DNA of 64,000 nt from assembly GCA_965247055.1 (NCBI GenBank), contig CBDFGE010000004.1, positions 199,895-263,894 of the forward strand, written 5' to 3'. Position 1 is the first letter of the stretch; every line of letters starts with the position of its first letter. Made by a program: the position numbers and the translations under genes. Positions 55,039-63,931 of this stretch are shown here, piece by piece. Below the pieces are notes generated by a model. It was not told the DNA's origin and made no database searches. It saw only the letters and a list, made by a program, of their open reading frames with translations. Origin of the DNA: Dehalococcoidia bacterium (GTDB taxonomy: Bacteria; Chloroflexota; Dehalococcoidia; Lucifugimonadales; JAGWBF01).

Positions 55039-55220
55039 GTGTCACCTCTCCTCCGCCGGCTCGCCGAGTCCCCACCGTTCGCGGGAGCCGCGATGGGGAG
55101 GGACTTGCACAAAAGGTATGATACTTGTCGGCTGTGGGGGTGTCAACGGGCCACACGCAGGCGTCGGGCGCCTGGGTATTCACTGAATATGCACCCGGTG
55201 ACCCACAGGACTCCTGTCGA

Positions 55221-55249
55221 TTGACGGCTTTCAATGCTGCGAGTACACT
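55221..55249 (+). promoter_or_regulatory. Candidate promoter of the downstream LLM gene (TTGACG - 17 nt - TACACT)
   Basis: TTGACG 55221-55226 and TACACT 55244-55249, about 70 nt upstream of ATG 55318. Confidence 0.3.
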
Positions 55250-55317
55250 CTCCATGGGCTCCGGGCTTATGTCACCAGTAGTGTGCGCCGAGGGAAACCT
55301 GCGTAAGGAGTTGCGCT

Positions 55318-56355
55318 ATGGCCTCTAACCTTCCCAGGGTGGGTATCGGACTCGCCGGGGTGCACCCCAGGGACATCTTGACCTTGGCGAAAGAGGCCGA
55401 CGAGGCGGGTATCTACTGTGCGTCCATCGGTGACGGCATGAGCGATACCTTCGCCATGCTGGGGGCCATCGCCGCGGTGACCGAAAACATCCGGCTGATG
55501 AGCAGCATAGCCACCTGGACACGCACCCCCCTGGCCACCTCCAAGGCCTGCCGGACCCTGGACCTGCTCAGCGACGGCCGCTATATCCTGGGACTGGGCA
55601 GCATGCCCCGGGTCTGGAACGAGAACCACCACGGGATTTCGGGGGAGGCGCCGCTGACGCGAATGAGGGAGTACGTGGAGCTGGTGCGGATGCTGTGGAG
55701 CTCGAGCCCGGACTCCCCCGTGGAGTACGAGGGGCGCTTCTACCGGGTCTCGGGCTACCGCGCTCCGGAGCCGCCGCCCCGCCCTCACCTGACCATCCTG
55801 ATCGGCGCCAGCCGGCGCAGGATGATCCGTGAATCGGGGGAGTGGGCGGATGGGGTCCTGTTCAACTGGAACTATGTCGTTCCCTACCTCCAGGAGCTGG
55901 GGCTGCCCGCGTTGGAGGAGGGTGCCAGACGGTCTGGCCGGACCCTGAACGACCTGGAGAGGTTCGTGTTCAGGTCGTTCTGCGTCGCGGAGGACCCCCG
56001 GCACGCAGAGAAGGCGCGGAGGGCGGTGCGGCATCACCTGGCCACGACTTACATGGGGATAGACTACCACCAGGAGCTGCTGATCTCCTTTGGGTTCGGG
56101 GAGGAGGTGGCCGCGGCGGCCGGACCCCTTGCCAAGGGCGACCTGGAGGGCGCCGCCAACGCCGTCAGCGACCGCATGGTGGACACCTTCTCAATCATCG
56201 GCACGGAAGATGAGTGCCGGCGGCGGGTGGCGGAGTACGCTCCCCTGCTGAACGGGTTCCTCCTCTATCCGCCGCTCTACGGGTACTCCCGCGAGGAACG
56301 GATGGCCGAGGCCCGCCGCCTTATACGCGCCTTCGGCACGAGTGCCCGCCTGTAG
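55318..56355 (+). CDS. LLM-class (luciferase-like, possibly F420-dependent) oxidoreductase
   Basis: 345 aa. It contains RVGIGLAG...LAKEADEAGIYCASIGDGMSD...IRLMSSIATWTRTP...GRYILGLGS. Confidence 0.8.
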   Translation: MASNLPRVGIGLAGVHPRDILTLAKEADEAGIYCASIGDGMSDTFAMLGAIAAVTENIRLMSSIATWTRTPLATSKACRTLDLLSDGRYILGLGSMPRVWNENHHGISGEAPLTRMREYVELVRMLWSSSPDSPVEYEGRFYRVSGYRAPEPPPRPHLTILIGASRRRMIRESGEWADGVLFNWNYVVPYLQELGLPALEEGARRSGRTLNDLERFVFRSFCVAEDPRHAEKARRAVRHHLATTYMGIDYHQELLISFGFGEEVAAAAGPLAKGDLEGAANAVSDRMVDTFSIIGTEDECRRRVAEYAPLLNGFLLYPPLYGYSREERMAEARRLIRAFGTSARL

Positions 56356-56378
56356 GTGGGGTAAGTGCCAGGAGCCGC

Positions 56379-57479
56379 CTAGTTATGGCAGCCGCGTCCA
56401 GGAATGTCCCAGACCGCCTCCACCACCCGGCCCCGAACGGCAATGAACCGGTCCCAGCGGCTCACCATGGCGTCCTGCTGGGCGGCCAGGAGGGTGAAGC
56501 TGTCGCCGATGCCAAGTCTGGCGTATCCCTCCAACTCCAGCACCGCGTGCTGGGCATCGAGGGATTTCACCGCGCCCCCAGGAGTCCCCACTACCGTGGG
56601 CAGCCCCCTGATGTTGCCCATCGCCTCCAGGCCGGCATCCCCGATGGCGATCCCCGCCCGGGGAGTGCTGATCACGGTGCTCAGCACCTTGGCGGCGTTC
56701 TGGAACTCGCTCATGTACCGGTAGCTGGTGTCCATGAGGAGGTAGGTCCCCCCCTGGACCTCGGTGACCCCGGGTATATCTCCGGCCACGTCGTAGGTCC
56801 ACGACTCGCCGGAGGAGACGATCTCCACGGGGATGCCCGCGGCCTCGATGGCGTCCCGGGCATCGAGACATAGCTGGATCATGCGGCGCCCTTCGATGAG
56901 CCGGGTCTCCCGGTCGGGATTCCCCCCTACCACCTGGTGGCTCATCACACCCCGGAAGCGGAGGCCCGGCAGGCCGTGGACCAGCCTGGCCAGCTCCGCC
57001 CCCTGCTCCGGCGAGCGCACGCCGCACCGGCCCATGCCGGTATCCACCTCTATGATCACGCCGAGGGTGGTGCTGGCGGCTTGGGCTCCCTCAGAAAGGT
57101 CGCGGGCGTTGCGGGGGTCGTCGCAGGCAACGATCATCTCGGCCCGGCGCGCCAGGGAGCATAGCCTGGCAATCTTGTCCCGCGTCACGATCTGGTTGGT
57201 GATGAACACGTTGGATATGCCACCCTGGACCATGACCTCGGCCTCGGCCACCTTGCTGGCGCAGACACCACCCACGGTGCCCCCGGTCCTAATCTGCATG
57301 TGGGCGATGATGGGGGTCTTGTGGTTCTTGACGTGGGGCCGCAGCTTGCAGGCCCTGTCCCGGTAGAAGTCGGCCACCACCTGCATGTTGTGCTCCAGGG
57401 CATCCATGTCGATGATCAGGCAGGGGGTGTCCAGCTCGTCTATGGGCGTGCCTGGGGGTGGCCGGTAGCCTCTGTCCAT
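56379..57479 (-). CDS. DSD1 / D-threonine aldolase-like PLP enzyme (alanine racemase N-terminal fold)
   Basis: ATG 57479 (MDRGYRPPPGTPIDELDTPCLIIDMDALEHN) follows AAGGAG. LRPHVKNHKTPIIAHMQ carries the PLP Lys context. Confidence 0.8.
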   Translation of the reverse strand: MDRGYRPPPGTPIDELDTPCLIIDMDALEHNMQVVADFYRDRACKLRPHVKNHKTPIIAHMQIRTGGTVGGVCASKVAEAEVMVQGGISNVFITNQIVTRDKIARLCSLARRAEMIVACDDPRNARDLSEGAQAASTTLGVIIEVDTGMGRCGVRSPEQGAELARLVHGLPGLRFRGVMSHQVVGGNPDRETRLIEGRRMIQLCLDARDAIEAAGIPVEIVSSGESWTYDVAGDIPGVTEVQGGTYLLMDTSYRYMSEFQNAAKVLSTVISTPRAGIAIGDAGLEAMGNIRGLPTVVGTPGGAVKSLDAQHAVLELEGYARLGIGDSFTLLAAQQDAMVSRWDRFIAVRGRVVEAVWDIPGRGCHN

Positions 57480-57498
57480 CTGTACGGCTCCTTTCCCG

Positions 57499-58617
57499 CT
57501 AGTCCAGCCTTCCTCGTGCCGCGATCTCCCACACCGCCTCCAGCTTCCCGTCACGGACGGCGTGAATATAGTCATACTGGTTTACACACAGCTCCAGGTC
57601 CCAGGGTACGAGCCACACCTTGGTGCCCACGTCCACCTTTTGTTGGGCCTCACCTTCCAGGTCCAACCTGCAGTGCTCGGCGCTGAACCGTACAGCTCGT
57701 GCGCCGGGGATGCCCTCCACCACGGGAAGCCCTCGGTCGGGACCAGTGGCCTTGTGTCCCGCGTCGGTGACGGCCGCGTCGGCGGTGGGGTGGCTTATCA
57801 CGGTGGTCAGCACCCTGGCCGCCGGTGCGAACTGGCTCAGTTGCTGGCAGTAAGGGTGGTCCATCAGCGGGTAGGAGCCCACCTGGACCTCCGTTACCCC
57901 GTCGGTGGCCCCGGCAATCTGGTAGTTGTGGGTGCCTCCCACGCTCACCATCTGCACCGAAAGGCCCGCCCGTTTCATGAGGTCCACCGTGTCCAGGACC
58001 GGCTGCAGCGCCCTTTGCGTCTCTGCCGCCACGTCCCGGTCGTCTTCGTGCAGGAGGTTGCCTTCGTAGGCCATGACTCCCACGAAGCGCAGGCCCTGGG
58101 AGCGGCCCGCATGCTTTGCCAGCTCCAGCGAGGGAGCGCCCGGCTCGATGCCACACCGGTCCAGCCCTGCGTTGATATCCACCACCACGTCCAAGGAGAC
58201 GCCCACGGCTTGGGCTGATTCGGACAGGTCCTCCACGTTCTTGGGGTTGTCCACGGCCACCGTTATCCGCGAGTGGTGGGCCAGGGCGCATAGCCGGGAG
58301 ATCTTGGTACGGGTCACGACCTCACCGGTGACGAGGATGTCGCCGAACCCGGCGCGGGCAAAGACCTCCGCCTCCCCAACCCTGGACACGGCGATGCCCC
58401 CGGCGGTCCCACCGGCGGCCATCTGCTTGTGGGCGATGGCCGGGCACTTGTGGGCGGTGGTGTGGGGGCGGGCGCGGGCCCCGGCGGTGCGGAAGAAGGA
58501 GTGGAGCGTCTCGATGTTTCGCTCCATGATGGCCAGGTCTACCACCAGCGCGGGGGTGTCGAGCTGCTCTGCCGGCGTGCCTATGGGTCTGGACACGGGA
58601 CGTTCCATTCCCGGCAC
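57499..58617 (-). CDS. DSD1 / D-threonine aldolase-like PLP enzyme, tandem paralog
   Basis: 372 aa. Motifs seen: LDTPALVVDLAIMERNIETL and ARPHTTAHKCPAIAHKQ. Confidence 0.8.
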   Translation of the reverse strand: MPGMERPVSRPIGTPAEQLDTPALVVDLAIMERNIETLHSFFRTAGARARPHTTAHKCPAIAHKQMAAGGTAGGIAVSRVGEAEVFARAGFGDILVTGEVVTRTKISRLCALAHHSRITVAVDNPKNVEDLSESAQAVGVSLDVVVDINAGLDRCGIEPGAPSLELAKHAGRSQGLRFVGVMAYEGNLLHEDDRDVAAETQRALQPVLDTVDLMKRAGLSVQMVSVGGTHNYQIAGATDGVTEVQVGSYPLMDHPYCQQLSQFAPAARVLTTVISHPTADAAVTDAGHKATGPDRGLPVVEGIPGARAVRFSAEHCRLDLEGEAQQKVDVGTKVWLVPWDLELCVNQYDYIHAVRDGKLEAVWEIAARGRLD

Positions 58618-58698
58618 CTCCTTTAATGCTCCACGAAGGATACCATAAGTCGCTGGGAGCCGCCACCGGCCCTTTCTGGGGAAACGGGGCGGTCTCGG

Positions 58699-59060
58699 TC
58701 AGTTTCCGCCGGTGAGCACGCGGTCCGTCCGGTGGGTGGGGAAGACATACAGCATCCGCGCCGGCTCCCGGTCGCGGTTCACGAAGCCGTGGACCATCCC
58801 GGCCGGCCCAGCACCGTGTCGCCGGGACCGATGGTCGTCGTCTGGTCCCCCAGGACCAGCTCCAGGCGCCCCTCAAGGATGACCATGGCCTCCTCAGTGT
58901 CGGGGTGGATGTGCTGGGGAATCTGGGAATCCGGGGTGACTGTCAGGTCCCCGATGGTGAGGGAGCGGCTTCCCCCGGCAGCGTCCACCAGCATGCGAAC
59001 GTGAAGCCCGGGGGACATGCCCTCTGTAGCGGTCAGCTCCTGGCTTCTGATAAGCGGCAC
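58699..59060 (-). pseudogene. Cupin-domain protein with a 1-nt frameshift inside cupin motif 2
   Basis: Motif 1 (QIPQHIHPDTEEAMVILEG) is intact. The track ORF ends ...GPGDTVLGRPGWSTAS*. The adjacent frame continues MVHGFVNRDREPARMLYVFPTHRTDRVLTGGN*, with its stop at 58699-58701. One extra nucleotide in GGGCCGGCCGGG (58798-58812) would restore G-x5-P-x-G-x2-H-x3-N. Confidence 0.75.
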
Positions 59061-59134
59061 CTCGCCTCCTCTCCCGCTCGGACCACCTCTTCAGGTGGCC
59101 GGCCTTCACTACGCGTGGGCCAATTTAGCCCCAG

Positions 59135-62100
59135 CTACCCACAAACCTCTCCGAAATACCTGCCCACCATCGCCAGGTCCAAGACGTCCACTATGCCGTC
59201 GCCGTTCAGGTCGGGGGCGGCGCTGCCGAGCGCCTGGACGACTATCCCCAGGTCATCGGTGTCGACGATGCCATTCATACTAACGTCCGCAACGCAGGCC
59301 GGGGACGGCGGAGTTACAACGGCCAGGCCGAACAGGCTGAAGCTGGTGACCTCAAAGGTAATGCTATTGTTGTCCACATCCCTGGCAACTATCCGTAACG
59401 TGTCCCACCGCTCCTTGGAACTGTTGAACACCAGGGGCTGCAGGTTGTCTTTGTCCTTGCCGGCAACCTCCACGTCGGTGTAGGTGATTATCATGGCCGC
59501 CGGGGTACTGAACCGCAGGCCATCGGGGCCGAAGTCAAACACCCGGGACAGGAAAGCGATATTGTCGCCAACTGGGGGCAGGGCTGGTGCGCCGGCCCTG
59601 AAGACGGTCACACTGATCCTGGTGTCGTCCACCGCTTCAGGGGGCACTGTAATGCTGGCCTCCACAGGGTCCTCGGACCCCGTGCTGACCGTGCCTCCGT
59701 CCCGGGCGGTGACCACCCCCTGGACCACCTCCACGATCTGGAGCTCGAAGGTGGCAACCACCGAACGATCGCTTTCCATGGCCACCTGGCAGTCCGGCGT
59801 CCCCGAGCAGGCCCCGCGCCATCCCGTGAAGAAGGAGTCCACATCCGCCATGGCGTTGAGAGTGACCAGGGCTTGGGCCTCATAGTCCTGCCTGCACCCG
59901 GTGCCACAGGCTATTCCGAATGGGAGGCTTGTCACGGTCCCTGCCCCATCGCCCGCTCGGAACACCGTCAGCCGGAAGGCCGAGGTCACCGTCAGGTCCA
60001 CGTCGCGGGTGGTGTCGCCCCCGCCGTTGGTGTCGTTGGTGAAGCTCACCGTATCGCCATAGCTCCCCGGAGAGAGACCGTTGGCGAAGCTGTTGACGCT
60101 GACTGTGACGCTCCCGCTCTCCCCCGCTTCCAGGGTCCCAACGCTCGAGGAGACTGTAGTCCACCTCTGGGTGGTGGCGGCCGACCAGCTAATGGGGCCG
60201 CCGCCCGGGTTGGTCAGGGTGTACGTCTTGCGGGATGGGCCGAAGGGGCCACCCTGCTTCCCCGAGGTGATGAGCCCTTCCGGCGGCGTCACTTCCAGCC
60301 TGCCCGGCTCGGCGACCTCCAGGTTCAGTCTGGGAAAGGCGTTGCCCCTCAGGTAGGTGACGTTCACGAAGGACAGGAAGGACATGTGGCTGCCGGGGGC
60401 GAGAGCGTTGGCGTTCTCGTTGATGGACACCTCCACCTCGACGCTCTGTCCCCCTTCCAGCGTCCCCGCCGCCTGGGAGACGCTGTCCCACGCCTCAGAC
60501 GACCCCGGCGCCCATTCGAAGGGGACCTCACCCGTGTTTCTCAGGGTGTATGTCTTTGTGGAGGGGCTGAAAGGCCCTCCCTGCCCACCGGAGGAGTCCA
60601 TATTCTCGCCCGGTGTAACCGCAAGGACGCCCGGTCGCACCACGGTCAAACTCGTGGGCCGCTGGGTGAGCACGCTATTGGTCTGGTCGAAGAAATTCAC
60701 CCATCCGATGTTGCTTCCTATGGGCAGGTCATTGGCGAAGCCGGGGACGATGGACACCACTACTGGTGTGCTCTGCCCCGGGTCCAGGGTCCCATTGAAG
60801 GGGTCAGGTCTGAACCAGGAGTGGCTGATGGTGGCCGCCCAGGCCAGACCCTCGCCGCCTGAGTTTCTCAAAGTGTACGTCTTGCTGGCGGGAGTGAAGG
60901 GCCCGCCCTCTCCGCCCGAGGAGCTGAAGCCCCCCTCCGGAGTAACCTCCAGGAGCCCTGGGGGGACGTTCACCGTAAGGCTTACCGGCCGGGTCGTGCT
61001 GCCGTTTCCGTTGGTCTCGTTGGTGAATCCGATGGTGTCGGTGTGCGCTTCGTTACCTGGAGCCAGGCTGTTGGCAAAGAAATTGATCAGCACGTCCACC
61101 GTCATACTCGCCCCTGGCTCGATGATCCCACCACCGGGCAGGACCGAGGTCCAGTTCGCGGTCTTTGAGGCCCGCCACTCTATGGCGCTGCCGCCCGGGT
61201 TGTGCAGGACGTACTGTTTGCCGCTTGGGTCGAAGGGCCCACCTTGCAACCCCACTGCCACCAACCCATCGCTCGGGTTCACCAGGAGGCTACCCGGTGG
61301 CTTCACGCTTACGCACGCCGACCGGCTGGCGTTGGCCTGATTGTTGGTGGTGTTTTTGAAGCTCACGCTGGTGCAATGGGCTCCCACTGCCAGGTCGTTG
61401 GCGGCAATGTTGAGGGACACCGTCACGGTGGCGCTCTCGCCACCGTCCAGGGTTCCACTGCCGGGGGAGAAGCTGACCCAGCTATGGCTCCGAGAGGCCG
61501 CCCAGCTAATCGTGTCCCCGCCCTCGTTGGTCAGCTCATACTCCTTGCTGATGGGACTGAAGGGCCCACCCTCTACCCCCGTGGAGGTCAGGGCGAAGTT
61601 TGGTGTTACGTCCAGACGTCCCTGAACGTCACAGGGGCTTGCGGCGTTGGAGAATGTGGTACGGGCGATCCAGGTGCCCCACTTGGGACCGTCCCCAGGG
61701 TTGTCCTTGGCGTACTCCGCCACGTGCCACACACAGTCGGGGAACTCGGGGTCCACCGCCGAGCCGAAGTAGTCACCATAGCGCGCCAGGGGCAGAGCGC
61801 CGGTTGGCGCGGGCACCGCCGTCTCTCCCGCCTTGACCCGGATCGAAGGCTCGAACTCGGCCGCCCCGTCCGCCAGCCCGGTTACCCGGATCTGGGGGAA
61901 CCGGTCGGAACCGGTGAGCCCGAAGACGACGTGCAGGTTGTCCGATGCGTCGGTACGGTGGGAGGGGTACATGAAGGAGACCCCCCCTGCCCCTAAATAC
62001 CTGTCCATCGTGACCGACGGGTTCTCCCCAGGGCTGAGCTGAATGATGTGGGTGCAGGAGCGGTCCAGGGGGTCACCCCCAAATTTGCAATAGGTGGCCC

Positions 62101-63625
62101 CCCCGGTGATGGTCAGCGTACCATTCCGGTAAGTCGCGTCCAGGAGCCATGAAGCTCCGGGCCACAGGAGGTGGACAGTGTCCTTCTGTATGGCGGGAGG
62201 GGGCAGCTGCTGGAACCTGATCCCCAGGGACCTGGTGACACGTTTCACCTCGCTCTCCCCCGGGACCCCCACGATCTTGTCCTGGTGCAGGATCGCCCCA
62301 ACTTGCCCCAAAAAGTACTCGGCGATAAGGGACGGGTCCACGCCTTCCAGGATAAGCTGTACGGTTTCCAGGAGGGCCACCGGGGTGTCCGCTAGCATGG
62401 ACAGCGGGTTCAGGTGTACCCCGTACTGGTCGTTGATGGACCCCAGGGAGTGAGCGGGGCGCATGGTCACCCGGGTTATTCTGGAGTCGAACTGGGCGCC
62501 CCGAACGGTTGTACCCTGGGGCGCGAGCATCTGGCTCTTGTTGAAAACCACGGTCTGCTCCCCGCCGTAGTTGGCCAGGATGCCCAGCAGTGTGGCCAGG
62601 TCGAAGTCGACGAAGATGGTGTCGAACCGAGTAAGGGCGAGGGGGTTCCGGTTGTAAGAAACGGTCACCTTGTCGTTGGTGAGCCCGATGGCCGGAAAGT
62701 CGGGGAAGACGCCGTCGAACTCCATTACCCACCTTCGCCAGGTCCCTGTGGGGTCGTCGGTGATGGACACCGCGATGTGTAGCCGCCCCAGGTCTGCATC
62801 CTCGTTTCGAGAGGAGTAGATGGCGAAGAAACGGTTCTCCCGGGCGTCGTAGATTATCTTGGGATCGAAGTTGTGGTCGAAGAACCGCCCGCCGTTTGAG
62901 GGAACGGAAGGCACGTTGAAGAAATCCCCCAGGTAGAAGGTCTGGACGACGCGTCCGTTCTTCGTGAAGATGCGCCCCATGTTATTGAGGAGCTCCACCA
63001 CGTGGCGAGGGCCCACGGCGATCTGGGGGTCGGGAGGGTCGGACCCGGCCTCGGCGGCGCTGAGGCCCTCGAAGTTGCGGTTGACCTTGAAGCCGCTCTC
63101 CTGGGGGATGTCGATGCCGAGGGCCCTCCCGGTGGCTCCCACCGGGTCCACCAGGCCGGAGACATCCAGGAGGGGATCTTCGTCAAGGTCGAACTCGGTC
63201 GCCCTCTCCCCCGAGAAGACGGACAGGACGCCAGTATCCACCTCGGTCCAATCGCAGAGGTGCAGGATCAGACAGCCGGCGCTGGCCACCTCCAGCTTCC
63301 AGATGATTGTCCCCGAGCCACCGTCGCTGGGACTCCCCACTGTGTATGTGCGGAAGGGTTCCAGGCCAGGCTCGACGTCGCGGACGCTGCATGTCGTTCC
63401 GAAGATGTCGAAGCAGTTGTCGTCGGCACTCCACCTTGAGGACACACTGTGTACGAATACGCGGAAGTGGGCGTTCTCAGTGCCCGTGTTGCGTATCCTC
63501 ACAAAGACGGTCGTGGACCCGCCGGGCTCGAAGGGTGGCCCAACGTTGCCGCCTACCGGGCCGATGTTGATGATTTCGCCATCGAGGTCGGCGGCAGACA
63601 CCTCACGGGAGCGAGCAAACAGCAA
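59135..63625 (-). CDS. Giant (1496 aa) multidomain secreted-type protein: unknown ~670-aa N-region, five tandem Ig/BACON-like beta domains, InlB-B-repeat-like module, C-terminal dockerin-like module
   Basis: The track ORF has a TTG start. There are five ~108-aa repeats with the core GGPF(S/T/D/G)P(S/A)xK(T/E/Q)Y(T/E/V)L(T/R/H)N and W(A/S)A. The segment FRLTVFRAGDGAGTVTS...GWRGACSG...VVATFE follows. The C-terminus is DVSMNGIVDTDDLGIVVQALGSAAPDLNGDGIVDVLDLAMVGRYFG, a dockerin-type duplicated Ca-binding loop. Confidence 0.75.
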   Translation of the reverse strand: MLFARSREVSAADLDGEIINIGPVGGNVGPPFEPGGSTTVFVRIRNTGTENAHFRVFVHSVSSRWSADDNCFDIFGTTCSVRDVEPGLEPFRTYTVGSPSDGGSGTIIWKLEVASAGCLILHLCDWTEVDTGVLSVFSGERATEFDLDEDPLLDVSGLVDPVGATGRALGIDIPQESGFKVNRNFEGLSAAEAGSDPPDPQIAVGPRHVVELLNNMGRIFTKNGRVVQTFYLGDFFNVPSVPSNGGRFFDHNFDPKIIYDARENRFFAIYSSRNEDADLGRLHIAVSITDDPTGTWRRWVMEFDGVFPDFPAIGLTNDKVTVSYNRNPLALTRFDTIFVDFDLATLLGILANYGGEQTVVFNKSQMLAPQGTTVRGAQFDSRITRVTMRPAHSLGSINDQYGVHLNPLSMLADTPVALLETVQLILEGVDPSLIAEYFLGQVGAILHQDKIVGVPGESEVKRVTRSLGIRFQQLPPPAIQKDTVHLLWPGASWLLDATYRNGTLTITGGATYCKFGGDPLDRSCTHIIQLSPGENPSVTMDRYLGAGGVSFMYPSHRTDASDNLHVVFGLTGSDRFPQIRVTGLADGAAEFEPSIRVKAGETAVPAPTGALPLARYGDYFGSAVDPEFPDCVWHVAEYAKDNPGDGPKWGTWIARTTFSNAASPCDVQGRLDVTPNFALTSTGVEGGPFSPISKEYELTNEGGDTISWAASRSHSWVSFSPGSGTLDGGESATVTVSLNIAANDLAVGAHCTSVSFKNTTNNQANASRSACVSVKPPGSLLVNPSDGLVAVGLQGGPFDPSGKQYVLHNPGGSAIEWRASKTANWTSVLPGGGIIEPGASMTVDVLINFFANSLAPGNEAHTDTIGFTNETNGNGSTTRPVSLTVNVPPGLLEVTPEGGFSSSGGEGGPFTPASKTYTLRNSGGEGLAWAATISHSWFRPDPFNGTLDPGQSTPVVVSIVPGFANDLPIGSNIGWVNFFDQTNSVLTQRPTSLTVVRPGVLAVTPGENMDSSGGQGGPFSPSTKTYTLRNTGEVPFEWAPGSSEAWDSVSQAAGTLEGGQSVEVEVSINENANALAPGSHMSFLSFVNVTYLRGNAFPRLNLEVAEPGRLEVTPPEGLITSGKQGGPFGPSRKTYTLTNPGGGPISWSAATTQRWTTVSSSVGTLEAGESGSVTVSVNSFANGLSPGSYGDTVSFTNDTNGGGDTTRDVDLTVTSAFRLTVFRAGDGAGTVTSLPFGIACGTGCRQDYEAQALVTLNAMADVDSFFTGWRGACSGTPDCQVAMESDRSVVATFELQIVEVVQGVVTARDGGTVSTGSEDPVEASITVPPEAVDDTRISVTVFRAGAPALPPVGDNIAFLSRVFDFGPDGLRFSTPAAMIITYTDVEVAGKDKDNLQPLVFNSSKERWDTLRIVARDVDNNSITFEVTSFSLFGLAVVTPPSPACVADVSMNGIVDTDDLGIVVQALGSAAPDLNGDGIVDVLDLAMVGRYFGEVCG
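59981..61615 (-). repeat. Five tandem ~330-nt coding repeats (divergent) within the giant gene
   Basis: The protein repeats span residues 671-778, 779-890, 891-999, 1000-1108 and 1109-1215, by my count of the track translation. Confidence 0.7.
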
Positions 63626-63689
63626 GTAAGGAGACCACTCCCATGGCCAGGGCCGCCACCACGATGGGCCAGCAAGTCCCCTTGATCAT
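63603..63689 (-). CDS. 28-codon signal-peptide-like mini-ORF, probably the displaced true 5' end of the giant gene
   Basis: ATG 63689 follows GGAAGGTGGA. It encodes MIKGTCWPIVVAALAMGVVSLLAVCSLP*, one frame off from, and overlapping, the start of ORF 59135-63625. Confidence 0.5.
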   Translation of the reverse strand: MIKGTCWPIVVAALAMGVVSLLAVCSLP

Positions 63690-63855
63690 CTAATATCCAC
63701 CTTCCGCTGCATCGCAGCGAGCATTCCAGACGTTGGCGGGCCTCCAGTGGCTGATCGCGAGAGGCCCCCAATGCACTCCATTTTCAGGTGTACAGGATCT
63801 GAGGTCTCAGAAGTTGTCTTGCATGGCGCCGTGGCTACGAATGCACCAACTTTGG

Positions 63856-63931
63856 TGGTCGGGGTGAGTGGATTCGAACCACCGGCCTCCACGTCCCGAA
63901 CGTGGCGCGCTAGCCGCTGCGCTACACCCCG
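63856..63931 (-). tRNA. tRNA-Pro (anticodon CGG), CCA encoded
   Basis: The minus strand reads CGGGGTG TA GCGC AGCGGCTA GCGC G CCACG TTCGGGA CGTGG AGGCC GGTGG TTCGAAT CCACT CACCCCG A CCA. This is a full cloverleaf of 76 nt. Confidence 0.9.
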
